Below the pieces are notes generated by a model. The model was not told where the DNA came from. It made no database searches and saw nothing but the letters and a program-made list of their open reading frames with translations. 64,000 bases of DNA from an uncultured bacterium (lineage in GTDB: Bacteria; Verrucomicrobiota; Verrucomicrobiia; Limisphaerales; UBA8199): the NCBI GenBank assembly GCA_963749495.1, contig CAVVMW010000023.1, positions 384,001 to 448,000 on the forward strand. The letters are read 5' to 3'. Each line of letters begins with the position of its first letter. Position 1 is the stretch's first letter. This document shows, piece by piece, positions 9,727-19,254 of this stretch. The translations under genes and the position numbers were made by a program.

Positions 9727-11405
9727 GGGTCCCCCGCACAATTTGTGGGTGAAACATCTGGACACGTGTTCAGTTCGGAGGGTTGACGTTGGTGAGTTGG
9801 GCGGTCGTGGAACATCCCGCGGCACGCTCCGCGACGAATCGAGCGGCCTAACGGCCGGAGAAGGACTTCAAGCAATTCCGGCGCGGCCAGGGTATGGCTC
9901 CGGGCGGGGCTGTCAAGGTATTGCTCGCCACGTGCCCTCGTGCCCTGCTGCGCTCCACCTTGACAGCCCCGCCCTCCGCCATGATGCGCCGCTAAGGAAT
10001 TGCTGGTGAAGGTGTGCTTGGCTCGGAGGGCTGCCCAGCGCCACAAAGCGATAGCTGATCTGCCTGGCTTGCGGTAGCCTGCGAGATGTGAAAAGCACGC
10101 CCGCCACCGAGCGGCAGACCAGCTATGCAATTGAAGGTTAAGACGGTTCTCAACGACATTCAACACTTTGTGGGCTTCGTTTACCAGGACATCCGCTTGT
10201 GCCGGGACCGCCGAGGCCGTGGCCGGCGGCTCGAGATCACCCTCCAACCCCATGGCGGCATTCCCGCCAAGTGCTCCCGGTGCCTGCAGCCAGTCCCCGG
10301 CTATGATCAGTTGCCCCAGCGGTCCTGGCTGTTTCCGCCGATGTGGGGCGTCAAGACCTATTTCCTCTACCCCCCGCGGCGGGTCAATTGTCCGCAGGAC
10401 GGGGTGGTCGTCGAGCATATCCCCTGGAGCCAGGGCAAGCGGCCGGTGACGACGGCGATGATGGGCCTCTTGGCCCGGTGGGCCCGGCGGCTGTCCTGGA
10501 AGGAAACCGCCCAGGCCTTCCACACCAGTTGGGAGGCCGTCTACCGTTCGGTGCAGTGGTTCGTCCAATGGGGTTTGGAGCACCGGCGCCTGGAGGGTGT
10601 GGAGGCCATCGGAGTGGACGAGATCCATTGGGGCAAGGGCCAGAAGGCCGACAACTTCCTGACGGTGATTTACCAGATTGACCCCCACTGTCGGCGCTTG
10701 CTGTGGCTGGGTCGGCGGCGCACTCAAGCCACGTTGCGGCGGGGCTTGGCAGAATTGGGAGCCCCGGTGGTCAGCGCTCTGAAGTATGTGTGCAGCGACA
10801 TGTGGAAGCCCTACCTGAAGGTGATCGCGGCCAAGATACCGCAGGCGCTCAACGTGCTGGACCGCTTTCATATCGTGGGGCACCTCAACGAGGCGGTGGA
10901 CGAGGTGCGCCGGGGCGAGCAGTCGCGCTTGCACGGCCGGCCCCTGGCTCAGCGGCTCAAGGGCATGCGCTGGCAGTTGTTGCGCCGGGGCAGCCGGGTG
11001 CGGGGCCGTGCCCGCTCCAAGCTCAACGCCCTGTTGGCCAGCAAGCTGGCGACGGCACGGGCCTGGAACCTCAAGGAGAGCTTCGACTACCTTTGGCACT
11101 ACCGTTCTCCGATCTATGTGGTGGCCTATCTGGGTTATTGGTGCGCTCGAGCCATGCGCAGCCGGCTCGAACCAATGAAGAAGGTGGCCCGGATGCTGCG
11201 CGCCCATGAGCCGTTGATCTTGAATTGGTTCGAGGCCAAAGGTGAGCTCTCCAGCGCCGCCGTCGAGGGCCTGAACAACAAGATTCGAGTGGTAACCAGA
11301 CGATCTTACGGCTTCCGCACCTATCCAGCCATGGAATTGGCCCTGTATCATTGCCTTGGCCGCTTACCTGAGCCTCGACTTACCCATACATTCTGCTGAC
11401 CAGTC
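9727..11405 (+). mobile_element. ISL3-family element
   Basis: Imperfect TIRs (GCAcAATtTgTGGGT vs GCAgAATgTaTGGGT); 8-bp TSD CCTCTTAG at 7712-7719 and 11406-11413. Confidence 0.85.
10125..11399 (+). CDS. ISL3-family transposase
   Basis: Zinc finger CSRC...C, IGVDE, CSDMWKPY, DRFH, EGLNNKIR...YGFR. Confidence 0.95.
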   Translation: MQLKVKTVLNDIQHFVGFVYQDIRLCRDRRGRGRRLEITLQPHGGIPAKCSRCLQPVPGYDQLPQRSWLFPPMWGVKTYFLYPPRRVNCPQDGVVVEHIPWSQGKRPVTTAMMGLLARWARRLSWKETAQAFHTSWEAVYRSVQWFVQWGLEHRRLEGVEAIGVDEIHWGKGQKADNFLTVIYQIDPHCRRLLWLGRRRTQATLRRGLAELGAPVVSALKYVCSDMWKPYLKVIAAKIPQALNVLDRFHIVGHLNEAVDEVRRGEQSRLHGRPLAQRLKGMRWQLLRRGSRVRGRARSKLNALLASKLATARAWNLKESFDYLWHYRSPIYVVAYLGYWCARAMRSRLEPMKKVARMLRAHEPLILNWFEAKGELSSAAVEGLNNKIRVVTRRSYGFRTYPAMELALYHCLGRLPEPRLTHTFC

Positions 11406-11484
11406 CCTCTTAGTAACTGTTCACGTCGCGCGCAGGAGTGGCTTCATAAGGCAAGAACTGCACAGCTTTTTGATGCGTTCGGCG

Positions 11485-11686
11485 TAATGATGGCGATCAC
11501 CACCAGCAACTCGATCAAGGTAAACCCCGGCCTTCTGTGCCACCCCGGGCGCAAGCCGAGCCAGCGTAAGGCGCCTCGTTTCCGTCTGTTCTCGCACCTG
11601 CGCGTCGCGCAGAAACTCGGCGGCAGCCCCCGCCCTCCGACGCCCTCCGCACGATCCTGCCCCAACGATGTCCGTCCCGGTCCCAT
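11485..11686 (-). pseudogene. Prepilin-type N-terminal methylation gene, truncated just after the helix start
   Basis: [14 protein letters not shown] followed by unrelated sequence. Confidence 0.7.
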
Positions 11687-11903
11687 AGTTCCTCCAGCAC
11701 AAAGTCGGCGGGATTCCCCCGCTGCTGGCCGCCGGCTGAAATTCCGAGCGATTTATATGCCGAGGGGGCCGAATAAGTCAAGGAAGAAACGCGGTGTCGA
11801 TGGCTGACGGGCGCGGGACAGAATTCTTCGCCCTACAGAATTCGCGCGCGTGTTGGAAGGATATTGCGCCTGGAGAGCTAGACACTGGTCCGGCTCTGCT
11901 CAT

Positions 11904-12112
11904 CGCGTAGCGATGATACGAAGGTAGCCGTGTGGCTTCAGCCCACGGAAAGGGGTTTTAGCCAGAGGGGTCGCGTCGCGTAGCGACGCCTGAGCCGCCG
12001 ACGCCCTCGGGGCCGCAGGCTGTTTCAGGCGTCGCTACGCGACGCCGGGGCTTCTCCGGCACCTTGACCGGGGGCTAAAGCCACCCGGCTACCATCGGGA
12101 CACCGCTCCGCG
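11904..12112. repeat. Composite REP element, family B
   Basis: gcgtcgcgtagcgacgcctga / tcaggcgtcgctacgcgacgc arms plus ggtagccg...cggctacc; same family as 46581-46770. Confidence 0.8.
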
Positions 12113-12316
12113 GTGAACAGAGGCCCGCCGATCCGAAGAATTATGTCTCACACCCTGGCGTCTGGCACGAGTGGCTGCTCACTAGACGAGGCGTCCGCGC
12201 TCCTATGGAACGGCGCCTTTCACCGCGATTGGAACAATCACGCTATTCGTTTGTCATTCATTTCGGCGCCAGCGTACAATGGAGACCCAGATCGGCCGAT
12301 GCCATTTGAACCTGTC

Positions 12317-12817
12317 ATGATCACCAAACATCAAGTCCTTCTCGCAGTCAGGGTCCTGCTTGCGGCGGCGGTCGGCGGTCCGTTGATTCCCTGGGCAGGC
12401 CACGCCCAGTCCCGAGCGGCCGACGCTGGGCCGGCTTACATTCCGGGCAAGGTGCTATCCGCAAGCCCGTCCAAGGAACTCCTGGCCGGGCCGGAAAAGC
12501 CGGAGGATTTCACGGCCTGGGTGGCCGGGATGCGCGCCCTGCGCCAGGAGACGCGGTCGGCCCTCGACGCCAAACGCGGCGATGTTGCGGATCCCTATTC
12601 CGAGCCGGCGCTCCAATGGGCGCGGCGCAGTTTCATTCAGCCGCTGATGATGGCGCACGAGCGGTTCTTCTATGACCCGGCGGCGCACCGCTACACGGTG
12701 AACCGCTACCTCGACGATCTGCGGGACCGGTTCGGCGGCATCGATAGCGTGCTGATCCGGCCGACGTATCCCAATATCGGCGTGGACAACCGCAATCAAT
12801 TCAACGTCTGGCAGTGA
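12317..12817 (+). pseudogene. N-terminal fragment of a large secreted protein, resembling FGE-sulfatase (SUMF1) domain-containing proteins
   Basis: Signal peptide; YTVNRYLDDL...GGIDSVLI.PTYPNIGVDNRNQF, which ends abruptly. Confidence 0.6.
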
Positions 12818-12829
12818 ACTGATCGTCTT

Positions 12830-13663
12830 GAAAGGAACAAACCCCTGCTCGTTCAGGTAATCCACCTTCCGATCGACATAACGGAAGTAGGCCGGGTTAA
12901 CCCGGTCCACATCCGGGAACATGTTCTCGTAGCCCGGGACCTTGCCGGGGAAGAGGAATGGCCGGCCTCCTTCGTTGTCCATGTTCTTGGCGCTGTTCGC
13001 CCCGAATTCGAGCCAGGCCGACCGGACGGTGGTTCGCGGCGGGTCGTTCATGACGACGTGCCACGGCTGCTCGTCCGTCATCCAGTTCGGAAACGCGGCG
13101 ATCATGTTGATCCAGTTGAAGCCTTGCGCCTTGCGGCAACGCGCATAATCCTTAAAGCCCGCCGTTGGCCCGATCGGGCGCTCCTGATCGTCGTCGCACC
13201 AACGGAACCGATTTGCGCCCAGCGGCCACCAGGTGTCGCCGAGGACGAAAAACGGGGTCCCATCGGCGTGCTCGAGCGCGTGATGATTGGCGGTCGGCCG
13301 CAGAAGGCCTCGGCGCAGGGGGTTCGCCTGTTTCTCCGCTTCGCTCCAGGCCATCGCCTCGAACGAACCGCTTTTGCCCGCCAGGCCATCATCCGCCGGA
13401 CTCGAACCGCTTCTCCAGGTCCATGTCCCCGGCGCCGTTGCCAGGAGCCGCACCCGAAACGTCTGGCCGCCGTCCCAAAAGCCATAAACCCGCTTCGTGA
13501 AGCCGGGTCCGGTGAGATCGACCCAAACCACTGCCTCGGTGTAGGCGTTGGTGAAGGCGCGAGCGGCGGTGAAAGTCAGTTCCTGCTTCTCCCAGACGTG
13601 CGCGCCGATTGCACTGGGGGCCAGCGAAACGGTCGCGGCCAGCAAAAAGGGGATAATGGCCAT
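12830..13663 (-). pseudogene. DUF5060/DUF4038 (GH140 apiosidase-like) protein, 3'-truncated
   Basis: VWEKQELTF, GFWDGG.TFRVR, DGTPFFVLGDTWW, RKAQGFN, YF..VDRKVDYLN; homology ends near 12830. Confidence 0.75.
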
Positions 13664-13795
13664 TTGCCCCTCTTTTAGTTTGGGTCGCATTGGAGGGCAA
13701 GAAAAACCGACAAGGACAAGGGGGCAGCCGGGCGCATCTCGCCAGTACCACCGCCAGGGTAGGAGAAACGGGACACGGTTCGGGCCACGCAAGTT

Positions 13796-14020
13796 CATCC
13801 CGGAGGGATGAAAGACGGTAGCCGGGGGTCGAAGCGTAGCGAGACCCCCGGTCCAAGGGTAATGCGTCTTTGCATCCCGGAGGGATGCCAGAAGGCACCT
13901 CGGGCACCCGGACGCTGGCTTCTGGCACCCCGTTCCGGGGTGCAGGATCCTTCCCACCCTTGACCGGGGGTCACCGCTGTGCGGCGACCCCCGGCTACCA
14001 TCTGGCAACTCTCCGGGTTG
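13796..14020. repeat. Composite REP element
   Basis: catcccggagggatg hairpins and ggtagccgggggtc / gacccccggctacc arms. Confidence 0.75.
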
Positions 14021-14302
14021 CCGTGCGGCTCGGCAAGAGTGGTGTCCAGATTTCCGCCCCTGCTCTGGACGTGGTGGTACTGTGGAGATACGCCCAGGGG
14101 TCAGCCGGGCGCACCACAGAATTCTTCGGGTGCACGATGGAACCGGCGATGCGTGCTCTGGACGCCAAATGCGTTGTTCATACCAGCCCAGGGCAACGCG
14201 CCAGTTGTTTTCAAGTTAGATCTTGACGGCCGCGCGAGGGGGAGTTCAGAATCGGCGCGAAGGTCTCGATCCAATTGCGAGGCCGATCACGGAGAGATTT
14301 AT

Positions 14303-16540
14303 ATGAAAAAGAATATGAAACCCTTGGCACTGGTCCTGTCTTCCATGATGGCAAGCGGGACGATGTTTGCGGCCTCGAGTTACGTCGGCCTGCAGACACT
14401 GTTTGATACCGACATTTTCTCGAGCGCGGGCGCGGGTCTGGGGAACGCCTTGGACGCCAATGGGCGGCGGGTTGACCCGGCCACTCTGCCCGCGAGCTAC
14501 GTGGACGGGTCGCCGGCGGCGACGCAGGACGGGCGGGCGACGTTCGAGTTTGGCATCTTGAAGACGCCGTCTCTGGACGGGGCGGCAATCAATGGCCAGA
14601 GCATCAGCGTCAACGCCGGCCAGTACGGCTCGGTGGATCTGGCGTTGCTGGCGGCCCCGCAAGCGTTGATCAATCCCTTTAGCGCGATCGAGTTCCACTA
14701 TGCCGATGGCTCGAAGGAGACGAACCGGTTCGGCCCGGTGGCAGGCTGGTTTGACAGTCCCAATGCCTTCGACCACGCGATTCTGGCCTTCACGGACAAC
14801 AGCCAGGTGAGCAATATGGTGAGCTTCCCGACCGATTTCAGCACGGCGGAGGCGCAGTATCTGGTGCAGCAACGAGGCAGCGCTCAATCGGGGACGGCGC
14901 GGTTTGCGGACGCCTCGTCCTACGTGCTTTACCAAATCCCCGTTCCGGCGGGGCTCACGCAGGCCAAGCTCGGGATCACGGTGGGGAACGATTTCGTGAT
15001 CTCACTGGCCACGGATTACTACGATCCGGACGTCTCCACCACCGACGGCTACACGGTTCTTGCCAACTCGGAGACTCTTTATGGGTTCGAGGAGAAGGCC
15101 CTGGCGAACCTGAAGGAGTATGTCTTTGACGTGTCGTCGGAGTTGGCCGCGGGCACCGGCAACCTTTACGTCCTGTTCACCGATGCGACGCCCTCGGACG
15201 GCTGGGGCCCCTACATCGAGCAGATCCGCCTGTTCACCGGCACGCCGCGGGTTTTCTCGCAGCGGCTGGATCCGGCGGTGGACACCTCCGGCGCCACGGT
15301 GTACGCCATGTTCGACACGGGAACGGACGCCGAGACACCCTACCTTTACGACAACAGCGCGTCCGGGCCAAGCAACCGCGGGCACCGCTTCGCTGACGGC
15401 TCGCAGTCATTGACCTACAAATTCGACTTCCCCGCCAATACCACCAACGCCAGGCTGACGATTGATATGGCCAATAACTTCGTGGTGTCGGTGCGCGGCG
15501 GCACGGGTGCCCAGATTCAATACGTCAACATGGTGACGGGGACCAGTGACGAGACGAATTACCTGGTCGATGCGGACGGCAGCGCCCTGAGCGGCGGCAA
15601 CCGCTTTGCCGACGGCAATAATTACATGCTCTATCAGTTCCAGCTTCCGAATGACGTCACCAATGCCATCGCCCACATCTGGATCGGCAACGAGTTTGTA
15701 ATTCAGGTGGCCTCCGGGACCAATGGGGATTTTCAGACGGAGTATGACTGGGTGGCTCAAAGCGGCCAGCAGACGCACGACCTTTCCAACCTCGACTACT
15801 ACGACGTGGATCTCTCGAAATACCTCGCCAATAACCCGTCAAAGATCATCCAAATCCGCTTCTCGGACGGCGTGCCCTCGGACGGCTGGGGCCCTTATCT
15901 GAAGAGTATTACGATCGTGAACACGGTGGCGACAGGCTACCAGACGGTGCTGAATTCCCAGGCGCTTTTCGGGGCTGACGTTCATAGCGAGTACAACAAG
16001 GGCTTCTACACCATCAACCTCTCGCCCATGCTGACCAACAACCCCTCAAAAGAGGTCTTTGTGAAGTTCACCGATGGCAGCCCGAGCGACGGCTGGGGGC
16101 CTGGGGTCTTCTGGATGGCGGCCTACTCGGGCAATATCGATATCCAGTCGGATCGCCTGGTGTTCAACGGGCTGACATCCAACCAGGGTGACCCGACCAA
16201 CTACGGGCTCGATTTGCTCCAGCGCCGATGCCCGCTGAACCCGTCGAAAACGCTTTCGAGCATCGTCTTTCCCGCCGCTGACGCTAACAGCCCGGTCTAT
16301 CTGCTGGCGATGACCCTCAACACAGTTGCGGCCCCGCCGACCCTGGGGATTCTTTTGCAGCCGGCCAACACCGTGCGCCTTTCCTGGCCGACCAACGCCG
16401 CCGATTATGCCCTCCAGGCCACAACGAGCCTGGCGCCGCCACAATGGACGCCGGTGACGGCCACTTCCACGGTGGTGGGAGGCCAAATTACGGTGACGCA
16501 ACCCGTGTCCGGGACCCGGTTTTACCGGTTGGCCAAATGA
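14303..16540 (+). CDS. Secreted 745-aa protein with three RFAD...PSDGWGP beta-domains and a C-terminal FYRL tail
   Basis: RBS ggagag, signal peptide, internal repeats, RLSWP...W...RFYRL C-terminus. Confidence 0.85.
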   Translation: MKKNMKPLALVLSSMMASGTMFAASSYVGLQTLFDTDIFSSAGAGLGNALDANGRRVDPATLPASYVDGSPAATQDGRATFEFGILKTPSLDGAAINGQSISVNAGQYGSVDLALLAAPQALINPFSAIEFHYADGSKETNRFGPVAGWFDSPNAFDHAILAFTDNSQVSNMVSFPTDFSTAEAQYLVQQRGSAQSGTARFADASSYVLYQIPVPAGLTQAKLGITVGNDFVISLATDYYDPDVSTTDGYTVLANSETLYGFEEKALANLKEYVFDVSSELAAGTGNLYVLFTDATPSDGWGPYIEQIRLFTGTPRVFSQRLDPAVDTSGATVYAMFDTGTDAETPYLYDNSASGPSNRGHRFADGSQSLTYKFDFPANTTNARLTIDMANNFVVSVRGGTGAQIQYVNMVTGTSDETNYLVDADGSALSGGNRFADGNNYMLYQFQLPNDVTNAIAHIWIGNEFVIQVASGTNGDFQTEYDWVAQSGQQTHDLSNLDYYDVDLSKYLANNPSKIIQIRFSDGVPSDGWGPYLKSITIVNTVATGYQTVLNSQALFGADVHSEYNKGFYTINLSPMLTNNPSKEVFVKFTDGSPSDGWGPGVFWMAAYSGNIDIQSDRLVFNGLTSNQGDPTNYGLDLLQRRCPLNPSKTLSSIVFPAADANSPVYLLAMTLNTVAAPPTLGILLQPANTVRLSWPTNAADYALQATTSLAPPQWTPVTATSTVVGGQITVTQPVSGTRFYRLAK

Positions 16541-16566
16541 AGGGTCTGACTCGGCGATAAAGAAGC

Positions 16567-17274
16567 ATGAGCGATCCACTTCCTGAACCCGCGTTGCCGG
16601 GCGGCGTCAGTCCTGAAGCGGCCCGGGCGCACTTGGACAAACTGGCGGCCCAATTGCCCGACGGCGCCCTCGTGTACGCCTGCCTGCGCGATCTTTTGGA
16701 ACACGGCCCCATCGGCACGCGCGGGAGCCCGGTGGTTTCCCGGCCGTCGCGAAGCGATATCACCCATTACCTGGCCAAGTGGGCCCGCTCCGTTGGCCTG
16801 TCTCAGGAAGCTTGCCTTGAATGGCTGACCGCCTACGCCCTGGAGGTGCTGGCGGCCATTTCCACCAGTTCCCCGGGCGCCATTCGGCACAATACCAAGG
16901 GCATCGTCAAATATGTGTACCGGATTGGATACCCGTTCAACTGTGGAAAGGAACACAACGCCCTGCATTGCCGGTGCGACCCGCAGTGCCCCGTGTATCA
17001 TCAAATCGAGGCGCCGTTGCCCAAGCCCGGTGCCTTCCCCGTTCCCGCTGCCGCGGGCGCGGCGCCAGACAGGCCGCCGCTACCCTTCGGCGGGGTCAAG
17101 GACCATTACCGCGAGCAGTTCGAAAAGTCCCTGCTGGTCATCCGGGAAATGCAGGCGCTCGGGAAGAAACCCGCTGAAATTCTCGAGCGCCTGAATGCGG
17201 AGAGTCTCCCGACGAAAACGGGGAGAAAATGGACCTGGCCTACCCTGTATCGGATCTTGAAGACCCTGCGCTGA
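16567..17274 (+). CDS. Hypothetical protein: PriL-CTD-like Cys domain plus recombinase-type DNA-binding helix
   Basis: YAC..LL..G and YPFNC...CRC...CP; C-terminal LNAESLPTKTGRKWT...LYRIL. Confidence 0.6.
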   Translation: MSDPLPEPALPGGVSPEAARAHLDKLAAQLPDGALVYACLRDLLEHGPIGTRGSPVVSRPSRSDITHYLAKWARSVGLSQEACLEWLTAYALEVLAAISTSSPGAIRHNTKGIVKYVYRIGYPFNCGKEHNALHCRCDPQCPVYHQIEAPLPKPGAFPVPAAAGAAPDRPPLPFGGVKDHYREQFEKSLLVIREMQALGKKPAEILERLNAESLPTKTGRKWTWPTLYRILKTLR

Positions 17275-17323
17275 AGAAAAGGCCTTTGACTCTTTCGCGA
17301 AGATCCTTACAAGAGGACAGCGC

Positions 17324-18072
17324 ATGTTATTTCTTTTCGACCTCGATACCAGGCTTTGGAAGCGATGGGAAGCCCTCGCGGACAAATGCCGAACGCGGCT
17401 TGCCGCGCAACGGATCGTCGCGGGGGACCCTGGCAGCATTCTGAAGGACGTTCGACACGATCATCCAGTTCATAGGCCCTGAAGGCATCGCCACCAAGAG
17501 CCGAAACGCGACCTTCCCCGCCGGGCGGTTGTCCGAACTGAACGCGAAACTGGGGCATCCGATCGAGGTGTCGTTGAAACGCCCGCTGCTGCGAGACTAC
17601 CCGAACCTGGCCGGGCTGTTTATTTTGATGAGGGTTATGGACCTGCTCCAGATGAAACAACATTCTCAGGGTGAAGCTGGCCGGCTGGCGCGAGGGCGAC
17701 CCCGGCATTTGGCGCCGTTTGGCTGTGCCGCCCGGCCATTCACTCGATTCGCTGGCAGGCGCAATCCTTAGGGCCTTCGATTTCGACGACGAACACCTGT
17801 ACGATTTCCGCTACCGGGATTACCGCGGCAAGAACCGGAGGTTCAATCGTCCCTATTCACACGAAGGGCCGTACACGACCGACATCACGCTGGGAGAAAC
17901 CGGCCTCGCGCTCAAGGACGAGATGGTGTTTACGTACGATTACGGGGACAACTGGGAGTTCACGGTGAAGCTTGAGAAGATCGATCCCGAATGCCGCGTA
18001 AGGCGGCCGCAGGTGATCGCCTCTGCCGGCAAGGCGCCCGAACAATATCCAGAGGACCCAGACGACGAGTGA
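17324..18072 (+). pseudogene. pRiA4b ORF-3 / IS1096 TnpR-like protein, internally deleted and frameshifted
   Basis: N-part PGSILKD and ELNAKL..P...LKRP...YP; C-part IWRRL, FDFDDEHLY, YDYGDNWEF; frame breaks near 17449 and 17665. Confidence 0.7.
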
Positions 18073-18105
18073 TCGCCCGGTGGTTGATGGGGCGGTCCGC
18101 CCAAG

Positions 18106-18393
18106 TCAAGCGGTCGTGACAGACACGCGCATCCCTAACGGCTTCAAAATGTCCTGCAGCGTGGTCAGCGTGGGATTGCCCTTTCTTGAAAGAATTCTGT
18201 AGAGGCTCGGCCGTTTGATGGAAACACGCTGGGCCAAGGCACTCATGCCGCCCCCCGCTTCGACCACATCCTTGAGCGCGAGCAAGAATGCGGCCTTATC
18301 TCCCTCTGCGAGCACCTGTGCAAGATATGCCGCTGCGTATTCAGGGTCCTTGAGCCGCTGGATCAGATCATCTTTGTAATTTCTTAGACGCAT
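18106..18393 (-). CDS. Addiction module antidote (HigA-like HTH antitoxin)
   Basis: L.DPEYAAAYL, GMSALA...RPSLYRILS..GNPTL. Confidence 0.9.
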   Translation of the reverse strand: MRLRNYKDDLIQRLKDPEYAAAYLAQVLAEGDKAAFLLALKDVVEAGGGMSALAQRVSIKRPSLYRILSRKGNPTLTTLQDILKPLGMRVSVTTA

Positions 18394-18721
18394 TCTTGTT
18401 GAACTCCTTCCATTGTTGCCACAACTGGGTTGCCCGCTTTATGTCACGCGATTGACTGCTCTTGTCGCCGCCGCCCAATAAAATCACAACCTTCTTGCCG
18501 TGTTCCCCATAATAGACCCGTAAACCCGGTCCAACGTCGATCTTCAGCTCGAACACCCCCCAGCCCACCGGCTCGTGGACCCCAAAATGCCCCGCACGAA
18601 CACGCGCCAATCTCGAATCAACTGCTGTCCGCAATTTAAGATCGCGCAGGCTCTCAAACCATTCATCAAACGGAATCCGGCCATTTTCGACCTCGATCTT
18701 CTTGATTTCCCGTTCAGTCAC
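18368..18721 (-). CDS. Addiction module killer (RelE/HigB-like toxin)
   Basis: PFDEWF, GVFELKIDVGPGLRVYY, LLGGGDKSSQSRDI; overlaps the antitoxin gene. Confidence 0.9.
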   Translation of the reverse strand: MTEREIKKIEVENGRIPFDEWFESLRDLKLRTAVDSRLARVRAGHFGVHEPVGWGVFELKIDVGPGLRVYYGEHGKKVVILLGGGDKSSQSRDIKRATQLWQQWKEFNKNASKKLQR

Positions 18722-18727
18722 CGTTTG

Positions 18728-18755
18728 ACTGTAATCTATAGATGACGGGCGTCAA
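18728..18755 (-). promoter_or_regulatory. Sigma70-like promoter with a palindromic operator for the TA pair
   Basis: Minus strand TTGACG-16-TACAGT-6-GTG; palindrome atctatagat in the spacer. Confidence 0.55.
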
Positions 18756-18763
18756 CACAAATA

Positions 18764-18990
18764 GATATTTTCACGGAAGGCAGCACCTGGGAGGAACTGC
18801 GCTCGAATGTGCGGGAAGCTGTGTCCGCATATTTCTTCGACCAGCCCAAGCCTGCGGCAGCGCGCCTGCACGTGGTGTGGGACGAACTTCTGGCCGGTGC
18901 CTGAAATCGCCGCGCGATTTGAGCGGCGCGGAGCTGATCAGACTCCTTTGCAGGCATTACGGGTATCGCCGGGTCAATCAGGAAGGCAGC
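18764..18990 (+). pseudogene. hicB-hicA remnant (both genes truncated)
   Basis: DIFTEGSTWEELRSNVREAVSAYFFD...* followed by KSPRDLSGAELIRLLCRHYGYRRVNQEGS, cut before the catalytic His. Confidence 0.7.
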
Positions 18991-19254
18991 CGAACAGACC
19001 TCCGCCAACACGCGTCAGGTCACCTCCGAGCTGGGCAAGAACGCAATCAGGAATTGTGCGACCCGAAGCCATCGAGAAGAACAGATGTCGGCCGCGGCTG
19101 GAGGCGATGGTGATGCCGAACTGACGAAAGTTGTGTCAAAATGTATCACCGACCCCTCCATGGTTTGCTTCCGAAACGGCCCGGCACGCGGTCTCTTCCT
19201 CCGAATTGGCTGTCCGGTTTGGGGTTTGGGCGGCATTATACCAATGGATTCAAG

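Noticed and set aside
11411..11480. Possible IS end tagtaactgttca
   Set aside because: No matching inverted partner or transposase found in the window.
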